Both the position numbers and the translations under genes were made by a program. A stretch of DNA of 64,000 nucleotides from Trichoplax adhaerens (Eukaryota > Animalia > Placozoa), in assembly GCF_000150275.1 (NCBI RefSeq), contig NW_002060966.1, forward strand, positions 262,415 to 326,414, given 5' to 3'. Position 1 is the first letter of the stretch. The number at the start of each line of letters is the position of its first letter. Shown piece after piece: positions 34,836-47,812 of this stretch. A model generated the notes under the pieces. The model worked only from the letters and a program-made list of their open reading frames with translations. It had not been told where the DNA came from and made no database searches.

Positions 34836-37800
34836 CTAATCTTCTCCGTCGGGGTGTAGAAATGGCGTAATATCAGACACTTTGGTTATTTCGGAAGCGT
34901 TAAAAGTTTCTGAACACATCGGACATGGAATCTCATCCTCAATAATTCTGTTATCAAGTCGATAAAGTTAATATGTTGACGATTTCAATACCCTAAAGAG
35001 ATTATTAGTAAATTCTATCATAAAAATAGATAATCACTTACGATTTAAAATCTTCATATAGAGCAGGAAAATTACACTTTGGACAATTAGTCCATTCATC
35101 GACAGTCATATGGCGTCCCTAATCAATCCGGTAAATAATCAGTTAATCAAAGAACAACAGCAAAATCACAATTATTTGTCTATTAAATTCGTAGTATACC
35201 ACAAATAAAGCGCAGTCAGATCATTGAGTGATATTATGGCAGTTAACTTAAATATTGGCTCTATTTTTTGATAAAAGCCTACCGTAACTATGCAATATGG
35301 GATAGTATTTTTACAGTCAGGACAATCAAGTTGTGTTTGAGGTAGCTCATATTTGCAGAAAGGACAGGGTTGTTGAGTTTCTTCTACTTCAGACTTATCT
35401 GGTTTTCTATATCGAATTATAAACAAAATGATCTTCTTTACTTTATTTTCATTTAATTACTTAGCAATCGCTAATATTTCAATTTCGTTTGCAAAACTTT
35501 TTAATTGAAAATAACCTGACGATTTGTTCTATTTTCTTTTTATACTTTAAATCTATTTTATTACGATATTCTGGGCGAACCAGCATAGCCGCATAGCCGA
35601 ATGCAGAATTTTTTAATCCAGATCGATGGCATTCGATAATAGTAGAGGTCAAGATTGGTACAACATCTAGGGAGGTAAAAAATATTAAATTCTTAATTTT
35701 TATCCAGTAGGAATAACGTAACGTTAATCGTTGATATACAATCATATTTCGTTGTATTATACTAGTAATATTACTACTTACGTGATCCAAATTTACTAAT
35801 ATTATTTGCTACTCTAATTAGCATTCTGGCTGCTTTCACATGATCGCCCCGTTTTACATGCATCTATATCAACATGGTGGAGAAAGCATTAGTTTAAGGT
35901 TACCATCTCATAACACATGAATCAGACTAGATCATACCTTGACTAATATATAACTATGTAAAATCATAAGATTCTGAGACATTTCCGAAGGTATCTTAAT
36001 TTTTTGCTTGCGTAATTCTGTGATCAATAAAAATGAAGAATTATATTTGCTTTAAACTTAAGAACTCGCACAACTTTTACTTCGCTGAAACAGGATTTAA
36101 TTTCACGTAATGATTATCCGAAATATAAGTAAGTATGTCAACTTTTTACTTTGTACCTTGACACATGCTAAATAGCAGATCATGAGCAACTCTGTAATTG
36201 CCTGAAATTGATAAAAAATATTTAAAGCCTTATTTATATTTACTTATATACGGTACAATAACAATTTAATGGAGTAAAAATATTCATTTAAGGCTCTTAC
36301 CTTGGGTTTGTTCTTCTCTAGCAATAATAATTGCTGTTCTAGCAGCTTCACGATACTGGCGAAGAGCCATATATAATCGAAACAAATAGGTGGCATCCTG
36401 TGGTTCAAAATCAAAGACGATTACAATAAGATTCAATTTGCATCTTTAAGTTTTGGAGGAGTTCTTTAATTATGAAAGTTTTTTAGCTTCAAAATCCATA
36501 CTCAGCAATTATAGATTCAATAGCATGCAAATATTTTACGACTTTGCGACTAAAACTTGCTAAAATATTATTACTTTAGGTACACCATCTACTTCGCCCA
36601 TTAGGTAATCAATTAATTGATGAGTTAATGCTTCATCTTGAGCGCGACCAACCTAACGGTTATAGAAGCAAAAATTACCACGTTGTATTTTATGGGCAGT
36701 TTTTCAATTCTTGAAATTGTACTACGCGATATACATACAGTTTCAATTGCCATGTCAATGCTTTTATTTCCTTCGCCAGGTGGTTGAGTACGCAAAAAGT
36801 ACTTCAATGCCTACTCAATGTACAAATATTCTAGTATTTATAGACGTTTAAATGAATTCTATTCATTAGCGATACGAAATCGCTTGAGTAGCGGAATATT
36901 TGGTTAAGTTTTACCTTGACATATTTTGTGGCCTTCAAGAAGAATTTACCAGCTAAGAAATAATATTTTCTATTTTCAAAATATAGAGCTATGCTCTCGT
37001 ATTCTTCGCTACTAGCATCGTCTCCTGCAATTAGAGAAGCATCGCGAGATGTAATTTATACTCATATTCTAAACAGTTATTTGCGATATATCCGTGAATA
37101 AATATCGACGCATTAGAGACATATACTGTAGACCATAGCTCATGATGCACTGCTAATAAATTCTTAACATTTTATATTCGATACTAAGCAAAATATTGTA
37201 CCTATTATTTCGGCATATAGTTCCATTTGATCATGCGTCTATAATAGAGAGTTATGAAATAATATTTATTAAACTATTGCTCTAAAATTAGTTAAACGAA
37301 TTTGCCGTACCGTTGCTAGTTGGAAAGCTTCGTTTGTACACTTGGACATAATAAGAAATTGAATTGCTGAAGCAAAATCTCCAAGTTTTTGAAAAAATCT
37401 GTAATATTGAAATGCATATAGTAATAGTTAGACAACAATCGAGAGCAAAATATTATTAAACAAATCTCTACGAATATAAAACTTTACCCATAAGATATAC
37501 AGTAGTTATAAAATTACGGTATCTTGCAGATTAAATACTAGCACTGAGTGATGTAGCCATATCAATGATCTTTTTCTTTAATAACCAGCTAATTAGTGTT
37601 ATAATAGGATACTCACAATGCTACCATTTTAGCACCTTCGACAGAATGAGTCTCTCGGACTATCCTAACTGCTTCTTCTGGCTTCTGTAAATGCTCTAAA
37701 TTGATTCTATAATATCATTTTAAGAGCAGATCATATTTCAGTCAGGTATTGTACGAGTTATTCTATATCATACGATTAGTTCCAGTAAATATTAAATTCG

Positions 37801-40800
37801 GTATATTAGTTTGCCTACCTGATAACGCTATCAAAGTCTTTGGCATTTTCATAAGCGCGAACTGCATCGCTATATTTACCATCAGCTTCCTTGGCCTTAG
37901 CATACTGAGCATGGATTTTAAGAGAAGAAACTTCAGGAAGTAATTCTCCCACTTTAGCCCTGTTATATTAAAATTATGCAATGAAAGAAAGTATCTCCTG
38001 AAATGCTAAAGCTTCCAAAGAACAATATTTTTTAAATATCCTGCTATTATACTAACCAGTTCTTGGTTCTAATATAGATGGTAGCAGCTTTATCGAAGTA
38101 TTGGCCTTTCTCATATAAAGCTGCAGCCTCAGGAAATTGCTAATGTGTTGAAAAGAGAGTTAGAGATTTTCAGTTTATTACGTACGAAAGAGAAAATATT
38201 TAGAAATCTTATCTGCAGCTATACTAACTTTCATTCCTTCTAGCACAGTTGCGCATTCTCGACATAATTGACGATTTCCTGATTTTGCAGCTATACCAAC
38301 GCCCCTACATTTCAACAAAGATCGATTTACTATTAGTCTACGTCTTCCTGTACTATCTTACTAAATAAGATTATATTAGGCATAAAAAATAATTTTACCT
38401 TCGGATATCTCCTACACGGATAGCCATTCTTGCTACACCAGCAGTACAAATAGCATTATCTTCACTTTTCTAGTTAGGTTAAGTAATTGGAAACTCACGT
38501 TTAATTAATTCCTAGACACACGCTTCGAGTAAATTTTGATTTTGGCCGCTAACCTCATTATCGTTTGTTAATCCGTTCTCGTAGTTAACTAGTGCATTCG
38601 GATAATCGCCCCTGAAATTATATAAGGAAATTTTTACAATCAAATTTACCGATAGACGGCAAAGTGATATCGTTATGGTTTGATTTTTAACATGAAATTT
38701 TCTGACATATATTTGAACGAATGATATTACATGAATTCTAATTGTTGCGCGTATTCCTTGGATATGTAAGCGACTTCTTCCTGCGAAAAGTTTTTGGCCA
38801 ATTGCAATGCCTGATCCCAGTGATGTAAATCACATCGCATCTATGAATCAAATTATACTCTAAGAATGGCTATCGAAGTATTGATCGTATATTACGATAA
38901 ATTTAAGTAATATTTAGTTATTTTAAACCTCTAAAGCCACTTTGGGATTATTTGATGTTAAAAAGAGATCCTATAGTTTAGTTAAATGGCTTCATAAGTG
39001 ATAATCATTATAGAAGTTTTATTATTGATATTGTATGTAAAGTTTCAACCCCGGCAAAGACATCAATATTCTTTAAAAATTAGCTTACTTGGGCAAGATT
39101 ATATTCTTCTAAGAATAGTGCCATGTGCCCAGCGAGTAAATATTTATTCTCAACATTCTATTTATTATTACGTGAGAATATAAAGCAAATTACATTTGTG
39201 AGGGTAAAAAAGATTTGATTCATAAATTAAATAAGGGCTTACTTTTACACTCTCTAACGACAGGACCATCCCAACATCTTTCAGATGACGATAGACACGT
39301 ACAGCTAGAGTGAAGAAACGTTGATACAGTAATAGTAAAGATCGGCATTAATAGAGATCATAAAGCTTTCGATTTCGGTATGGTGCAGTGAATTCTAGAA
39401 TAGCACTGCAGATGTACCTTCCTCAATTTCTAAATTCTGAAGCGCTGCTTTACCAATTTCTATCCAGAACTGTTTCTGACTTAGCTGGGTAGCAATATTC
39501 CAAGCATCTTTGAAACTATATATTCAATGCTTGGTCGTCAAGTTTAGCTCAATCTAAATTCTATCGAGCTAAAAGTCGAATGGACTTACCGTCTAAGAGA
39601 GAGGCATTGGGTAAGGGCAATTCTTAACTAACATAACGAGTTAAAAATTAGCGTTAAAACTAATCTTCTACTAGTTACAATAAACAACAAAATGAAGCTA
39701 TATCAACATACTTCTTCTTCCACTAGTTCATCCAATCTACTGAATCGGCTATGGGTAGTCAAAACCACCCTGGCTGTCTGTAGGTTTTAAATAAATATCG
39801 ATTAAAAATGAATGAAATAAACAATGAGTAATCGTTCTAAAAAATGTACCTTGCCATTCTGTGTTTGGCATATTACTTCCCCATCATACAAAAGAAATGG
39901 CACCTGATTGAATGGTAGCTTGGTTTTGCCAATTAATTTACATTCAGGGCCTATCATAGTTTTATTTAAAGCCAATTACAATTTAGACGATTTAAAAGTC
40001 TAAATTGAGTTTATAAAACATAAAGAGCTTGCTTTAAATGTTTAATTGGCAAATCTTACCAAAGATACTGTCGCTCCAATAAATATAAGTATACACGTTT
40101 TGATCGTCGTAGGTGCAAAACACTCCCTAAGTACAGCCATTTCAAATTAGATTTATTATTGTAAGCTTCTGCAACCGTTGGTAGAATAGTAAAAAGTTCA
40201 GAATAATAAATATTACTTTATCGCTGGGCCAGCTTTCCCAGAGTACGCCTTTAACGGTTGGAGAGAAATCTGGGATATCGACTGTTGCGTCATTGATCTG
40301 TAATGATTTAATATTAATAGAGTAAGAAAAATGATAAATCGAAAATAAAATATGACTCAAAATATATAATATAACTAAATCATATTCATTCTCACCGGAT
40401 TATAAATAAAGCCATCATTCTTATCATCAATATAAATAAGTATGGTTTCTGATGGATTACAGCAAACTTTGCGTATGCCTATTAATAAATAAAGCAAAGA
40501 AAGTCTAGTATACGATTTGAATACTCAGTTTTTAGTCTATTCTATTCTAATATTACCGATTCCATGGCGATATTCGTTAACAAATTTCCAATCTTCGATA
40601 TAAAAGTATTGAATATTACCAGCCTAAAGGTGAAGTTAGAAATAATTTGATATTATATGCAGAAATTACTAGGTCATATTGGTTGCAGATAACGAGATGA
40701 TTTTAAAAATCTACTGTGATTGGATTATGAACCGAAATTCTTAATAATTTAACAATACAAGAGGCTGATTCGTTTTGCTATCTATGAAAGAAATTACTTA

Positions 40801-43800
40801 GACTTGTAAGTTAGAATCATGTCTACTAATTAACGACAGAACAAGGTAATCTCATTAAATTGCTTAACAAATTGTTAATATTTTATCGTTGAAAAACTAT
40901 CTGGACACTTTAATTTAAAGTGAAGACTGAAATAGCCCTAGCAATTATGTTAATAACAGTATGACATGAAATTGAGACGTTTGATTACGGGATCAGATTA
41001 ATAGTCAAAGTAATAAATACCAGATATAATTATATGCTATATTGAATTAACGTAATTAATGCTGCAGCAGTTTATTATAGCTGATAGGTTCTAAAATATT
41101 TAAAATTGATTACAGAACGAAAAGTCTAATAGACAGCTGAAATGGGTTGTTATCTACTTACATCACTGCCATAGATAAGAAAATTTTTTGTTAAATCATA
41201 GCATGTGATGACAGTTTTATCATCTTCCTCAGGGAAAAGTTTAGTCTCTCGGTCATGCCCTAAACCACTTTCATCTGTTTCAATCTGTTTCGACATTGGT
41301 AAAGGTATTTTAGAGGGTTATTTATGTAGCAATTTTAATTACTGATTACAGTAATTCAAAAATTGTTTAGCTATTACATTACCAAATGTAGTTGAATTTT
41401 GTTTTTAAGCATGGCAGCAGCATAATCAGAATTAAGGCGAATAGTACTGACTGTACCCAAATAATCTTTCTCATTAAGTTTTTGGGGACCAGACTCTTCG
41501 AAATAGTAAAACCAGACTCGATTATTCATACCAACAGCTAAATGGTATGGACCTAAGGCTATAAAGGAAGGCTCGACTTCAATATCGATTTTTAAAGAGT
41601 TTTCTTCCTGTAAATTATCATAATTATAGAGAATTGACGTTATTGAAAATAGATGAATTTGGGCATGTATACCCATAATTCCATTGAAACAAGTAGGACT
41701 ATCATATACATATCGAACGATAATTATAGATTACCTCATGAAAATTAGGTAGCACTGTTACTTCTAATAGCGATGTTAAATAAGCTAGACGCATCTCATA
41801 ACCACAGCCAAGTACCGGAAGTCTTGTTAGGTGAACATGAACATTACCTGAAATTGCGAAATTATATTTACAGTTATTTTCTCACTTTGACTAAATTATT
41901 TAGCATTGTTATCATAAATCTCGGTAGACCCTTTTGTGTAGCTATGGCAAGCAATTGGCCATCATCGGTCCATTCTAATTTCATCAAGTTATCTAGAAGA
42001 ATAAAAGTGATAAGCTTTTACGTAAATAGTGCGGCGAGATAATTAATTATATTATGGTGTTCCGTTTTATATTATTTATGAAACTCAAAAATACCCTTAG
42101 TAGAAATATTTTACCTTTTTCATCTTCAAGAGAAATGACTCCGTAAATTTCCTTCAAGTCAGATATATCGTGAATTTTAACACTATGTAGAAAGATAAAG
42201 ATCGGTAGAATAATTGAGACGCATGTCTTTTAGAAATTTGTAAATGTAATAAAATTTAACTTGTTTTAATGTGGTTGTGATCATTGAAGTCAGAAAACTA
42301 GCATTAATTTTCACCTGGAATCACCGCATGAGGCTGCTTTACCAAGAGAAAATGAGATACTAACTGAGCCAAGATAATCTTTAAAATCTCGGGTTTGAAA
42401 TAATTCCTTCAATATCAGGAGAATCATTTTAATTGTTCTACATTGAAATTTAATTTATTGAACTTTTCATCTCTAAATCTCAAACTATTTGAAAACCTGT
42501 CCAATTTCCTTCATATGGGTAGAAATAACCACAAGGTAGCCATTTGAGAACCCAATCATAATGTAGCCATCACCATACCTTTTAGAGTTATATAGATATT
42601 GTTAAAGATATTAACTACAGTAAAAGCCCGAATATTAGCAGACTTACCATCGATAGGAGACAATGTTTCCGTATCTCGGCTTTAAATGCAAATATAGATA
42701 CAAGAGTCACAAGGATTAATTTTAGAGCAAGTAATAGTATTCACTTCCACTTTAAATTATAAGCTATTGTTATACCTGAAAAGCCAACTCAATGGGATTA
42801 TCTGGATCATCAATATTGAACAGAAATAGTGTCTTTTTAGCAATGATGACACTAACCTGTTTGATAGTAAAAAATCATACGATAGGTAATAATTAGAACC
42901 AGCCACATGTGATTATGTGAGGATGTTAACATTAAAGTTTGTTACCGTAGTTTCCTCGGTGTTACTTTTCCTTTCATCTGTTTTCATTGTCGAAAATTGT
43001 ATATTTGATGGCTCCCCTCGAATTGCAGGCTGACATAAACAAAATTAGGATTGCATGATAAGCTTTGGATTGCTCATCAACCTTGGTAGTAATTTAGGTT
43101 ATAGATTACCTGTCGAATTGTATCTCCGTCAACATTGCTGATAGTGATAGTCTTATCTTCGGAGCCTAGGGCGATAAGATTCTGAAAACGAAATAGTTAG
43201 TCTTAATTGTTAAATCTTAATTCATAGCTAACATTATCATGCTACAATATATCTCAGTTCATAGTATGTAGTGATTGATTACATTTGAATTCCAAGCACC
43301 ACATGTAATCTTTTTAGAATGCTTTCCCAGGATTGGAATTTTCCTAGAGAAAGACATGCAATCATCATTACAGAATATCCTATGCTAGTTCGTTAGTTGG
43401 TATCATAATGTTGTATGCTACAACTTTAAGAACCTTGATGTTTGATGATTATAAATTAATAAATTGCCCTTATTAGTTCCAATAGCTAGGGAATCCGCTA
43501 CGGAAGACCAGGAAACAAAAGTTAATGAGTCCCTAAAGTAGTAATTGACAGAATATTTTATTGCACTTGCAAGGCAGATAGCTAGCTTTAAAATTAAAAT
43601 AGTATCTAGTATTCAACATGTGCTATATAATTGTAGCAATAAAGTGTCAACAATATCGTTTAGCAAATCTGATAGCACATTTTTTTTACACGATATTTTT
43701 ACCAGTTTAGTAGCAATTTACCGACACAGTGCAAGCTTTTACTATAAAGCTGTTTATAGTTGAAATATCGCTACTAGTATGGATAAATAAATTGTGCTCA

Positions 43801-45231
43801 GAAATGAATTGATAAATGATTTATAGAATCATTTATAACACTTTGTTGGATCTTGGCTGTGTTAATATTCAATTCAAAGTTTGTAAACTAACGAAATTAG
43901 AAATAAATTGTGCCTTTCGGTAGATTGTAATCAATCGATGAGAAAAATTTGAAACTTACTTTAAACCGCTGTCAACTTTACTGATTTTACGCGAATTTGC
44001 ATCCCATAAGAAAATAACTCCTACAATTGATGAGAAAAGAAATATTCTAATTTACATCTCTACATTAATAAAGGGTTATTCGTGTTTTTCTATTCTCCCC
44101 GTATAATCCAAATATATCATTGTGACCATAATATCCGAACAAAATAATTTAATAAGTCTCAATCACTTTAATACGACATCATGTCTATGTATGTAGTATA
44201 TTAAAGTTGAAATAGTGAAGCTAATCAGCGATTAGTTTTATATTGATCACGTTCATAACGTAAACGAGCTAGTAGATCAAATAGGTGTCGTTGGAATAAA
44301 TCGCTGAAGATAGTGTCGATAGACATGATTATTTCTCACCTCTAACAGTGTTATGATTATCCTCTCTTATTTACTCAGAAAATCACTTAAAAGATAATCC
44401 ATGGTCACTTCGTAACATAAAATAATATTCTTACCCGATTTATCTTGTATGATAGCCAAATTATCGCCATCTTTATCCCACGATATACCAGCACAAGCAC
44501 TACAATAATAACATTGGTTCATGATCAACTCAATCGGAGGTTAAATCAATAATCATTGACGAGATAGACATGGGTTGGCAATGGATAAAATCGCTCACTA
44601 ACCCGGGTAAACTGACTTCTTCTTTCACTTCTCCATGACGATCATAAATATCAACAGAATGGACTGTTGTGCTAAATAAATAAGAAACAGAACTTAGTAG
44701 TCATCCATAAAGTTCTCCATTATGACGGATTGATCCTCGACAAATTTATTCGTCTTCTACTCTTCATAAACATTTTCAATACTGATGACAGAATATTTGT
44801 AATTCTCAATGACAGGCGATCAAGTTAATATAGGTAACTATTCCCATTGGCTTATCAATAAACCAATACTGTGATAATTCGCTGATCAAGCGCCAACATC
44901 GTTACGAAATCGACATGGAACCATCGATGAGCAAGCTTACTGAAGGTTTTCATTCATCGATTGTATACAAGCGCCTCAAAGTGAAGATTAGTATAGACTT
45001 ACTTGCACGTTGCTAGGTAATTTCCCTGTTGAGGTTGCCATGCAATTTTAGTAGTACCACTGGCCGTTTGGCTTTTCGAACTTAAGGTAAAGACTTTCTA
45101 AAATAGCATCAACAAGACGAAGAAGACATAGTCAGCCACTAGCGATCAACATCGATCGCCTTGGCAATAAAACATTCAAACTATTCCCATCCAATTTCAT
45201 GCGATTGCCTCTATATCTCTCTCACCTTCAT
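34836..45231 (-). CDS. WDR19: WD repeat-containing protein 19 / IFT144 (IFT-A complex)
   Basis: About 40 exons: MK|[59 protein letters not shown]|[65 protein letters not shown]|[34 protein letters not shown], plus the C-terminal CPFC/CPDC/CPKC/CPMC zinc ribbon. ATG at 45231, TAG at 34838-34836. Confidence 0.97.
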
Positions 45232-45360
45232 TTTGTTTCTCCTTCCTCTCGTCGCTATCTCTAGTCAAGTCCGTTATAACGGTCCAGCAGCCAATGAAAT
45301 GGCGAGAAGTTCATTAGCGTTTTGTTTTTGTTAGTCGGAATGTTTCCATCGTGGAATAGA
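45155..45360. promoter_or_regulatory. WDR19 promoter region (possibly bidirectional): CCAAT box, MYB-like palindrome, imperfect X-box-like motifs
   Basis: CAGCCAATGA at about 45288-45297; perfect palindrome CCGTTATAACGG at 45271-45282; ATCGCCTTGGCAAT at 45155-45168 (intron 1); GTTTCCATCGTGGAAT at about 45342. Confidence 0.35.
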
Positions 45361-45691
45361 GTGCATACTACTGTAGCTGCAGTGAAAAGTACTGTAACCC
45401 CGAGACCAGTAGACTCACTTCAACGCCAGTCCTAACCCTATATAGTGGTATATAAAATTTGGACAGACTTATTTCCTCTATGCAATTGAAGTCATAGTGA
45501 AAGGTGATCACCAGCAGTAAGCAGTTATTCTTCTTTGCGTTAAGCGGTGTTCCAAACAGTACATAGCTTAATGGAATAATGACTCTCTAAGGACTGTTTC
45601 TTGAACTCAACTTGGAGACGAGCCCAAACAGAACTATCAGGGCACGACGTCGGTTGCCTTGATTGAGACTATATCCTAGTAATACTATTGC

Positions 45692-46051
45692 ATGGAGTCC
45701 GATGACAAGGATGATATAGCAAGACGAAAAGAAAGCAAATTAATGCGTCTAAAAATTAGCACCGATCGAATCCTCTTTAATACAGTATTAGCATTGCATC
45801 GATGTTCTGGACAGCTGACAGTCGATCTACGCAAGCGCTTCAGACCATTACTCGACTTGAGTATGGCACCGGCCAATCCGAGGAAGCCACTGTACGGACA
45901 GACAAACGGAATGAAGGATGATTGCTTCTACTGGGTAAAACTTTCAGCTAATAGGAATGGGCACGAAATGAGAATGGAATCGAGTGCAAAACTAGTCGAG
46001 ACTTCTTGCTATGAGTTTACTTACTGTATGTACTCCATGTATTGCTTGTGA
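45692..46051 (+). CDS. Orphan 119-aa ORF head-to-head with WDR19 (hypothetical)
   Basis: ATG-initiated, locally less AT-rich, protein-like composition; no recognisable domain. Confidence 0.3.
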   Translation: MESDDKDDIARRKESKLMRLKISTDRILFNTVLALHRCSGQLTVDLRKRFRPLLDLSMAPANPRKPLYGQTNGMKDDCFYWVKLSANRNGHEMRMESSAKLVETSCYEFTYCMYSMYCL

Positions 46052-47812
46052 AGAGGATTGTGGGTCGATGTTGCCTCTGTGCTCTGCTAGTACAGTCGCT
46101 ATTAAATACGACTAGACTAGGCAGCTAAAAGTCGATAGAGATTGCTTGCTTTATCGGTTTCGATTCATCACCATAACAACAGTAGGATTGAAGAGAATGC
46201 AATCCACCGCAACAACTTTCATTTTAGCTCAGATGAACTTATTCTTGATTTAGAGCCTGTGGATATCCCTAATACTTATAGCGATTTGTAATGAGGTTTT
46301 AATTTTTCGTAAGATTTTGAATATTCTAGTTTAACTCTGACCTTACATGAAGCGATAGGGAATACCGATTCTTGTACAATAGAATTAGTTACGGTATACG
46401 CGGCTATATCGCGCTACTCAGGATAATGACTTTGATGTTAGAAATTCTATCTCGTATAGGCATGAAGTAGACAGTACAATAGCTTGATAAAGTACCGCTG
46501 GCTTGTCTTTATTGCTCTGATCTAGACTACTATAGGGATGATTCTATACAATGATAGTGTAATACCTCGATCAATTAGGGTATACATTTTACTGAGGCGC
46601 TCCTACGACTTACTAGGGCAGCGATATAACATCATCAGATCACAAGTGATAAGTATGAATGTTACGGATATCGCTGTTGCTCTGGAAAATTTCTAAGTGG
46701 ATGTTTGGGCAACCATTTGAATATTTTAGTTTCCTATGATTATTTGTATATTACAGTCAGTTGTCGATCAGTGATCTCTCAATGAACTTATAAACTAGAT
46801 CAATCAACGAAATGATGGCTTAGACTGTTTGGGACATCCGTACTCATCTATTCAGTGAATTTTTCTACCTAATTAAAATAAATGAGTTTGATTTGCTAAT
46901 AGCTTGATTTCGTGCTCCGAAAATCTTGTTCATTCAATAGGGTTAGAATAATCAAAATATCTTATATATTTCTCAGTCCAAGTAAACAATATCGATTAAA
47001 TCAGAAGAATAGACTACAATATCCGATGAGGACAAATAAGTGATTGAGTAGAAAATTGCTACACCGTTGTGTACTATTTAATAAAGCATCAATAAAACGG
47101 AAAGTATCAACTTATAAATACTACCTAACCAACCTAACAGATGGATGAGCTATCAGAAAGAAATTTCAATTTATGCAGCTGATTTATTATTAAAGGAAAG
47201 GTTTCATATCATTAATGAATTAGAAATGTCTATATTTCAATTAATTACATCGGACAATAAAAGTGATACTTTCACATTGGACAACTGATTGAATGAATCC
47301 ATTAACGATTGGTCCATGCTAATATTTTGGTATTAAATGTGCAATCAAACAGTTATGACGAACACCTGCCTTGATATCATAACCAGATTGCATTATATAT
47401 TACAATCTTTACTACCATGATAAAGTTTAAGATTTAGAATGGATGTTAGTTTTACTTGTAAGTTAATTTCAATTTATTTGGGTACAAACAATTGTCAATT
47501 ACTTAACCCTATAAGCAAGAGGAAGTATGTTGTCATAAATTCTACTACGTAATCATGATCATTGTAAGAGATTCTAGTGAAAATGAAAATTTGAGGTGTG
47601 CCCATAAAAAAATAATTCTTTTACAGTCCAACATTAATTATAGTGATCAACTATAAATGAAAGACAGAGAAGGAATCAATTATCGCGATAATAGTCGACT
47701 GTAGCCAATCACAACAACACTTCAGTCTTGTTATTTCATTCTTGCAACAACATCCTAGTAGCTATCGAAGAGAACAGCTAATGCGACTTATTGACACTTT
47801 CCTGTAATCAAA

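Noticed and set aside
16301-45231. U12-type (minor) introns in IK or WDR19
   Set aside because: The donors I inspected were ordinary GT-AG; no RTATCCTT donor was seen (not exhaustive).
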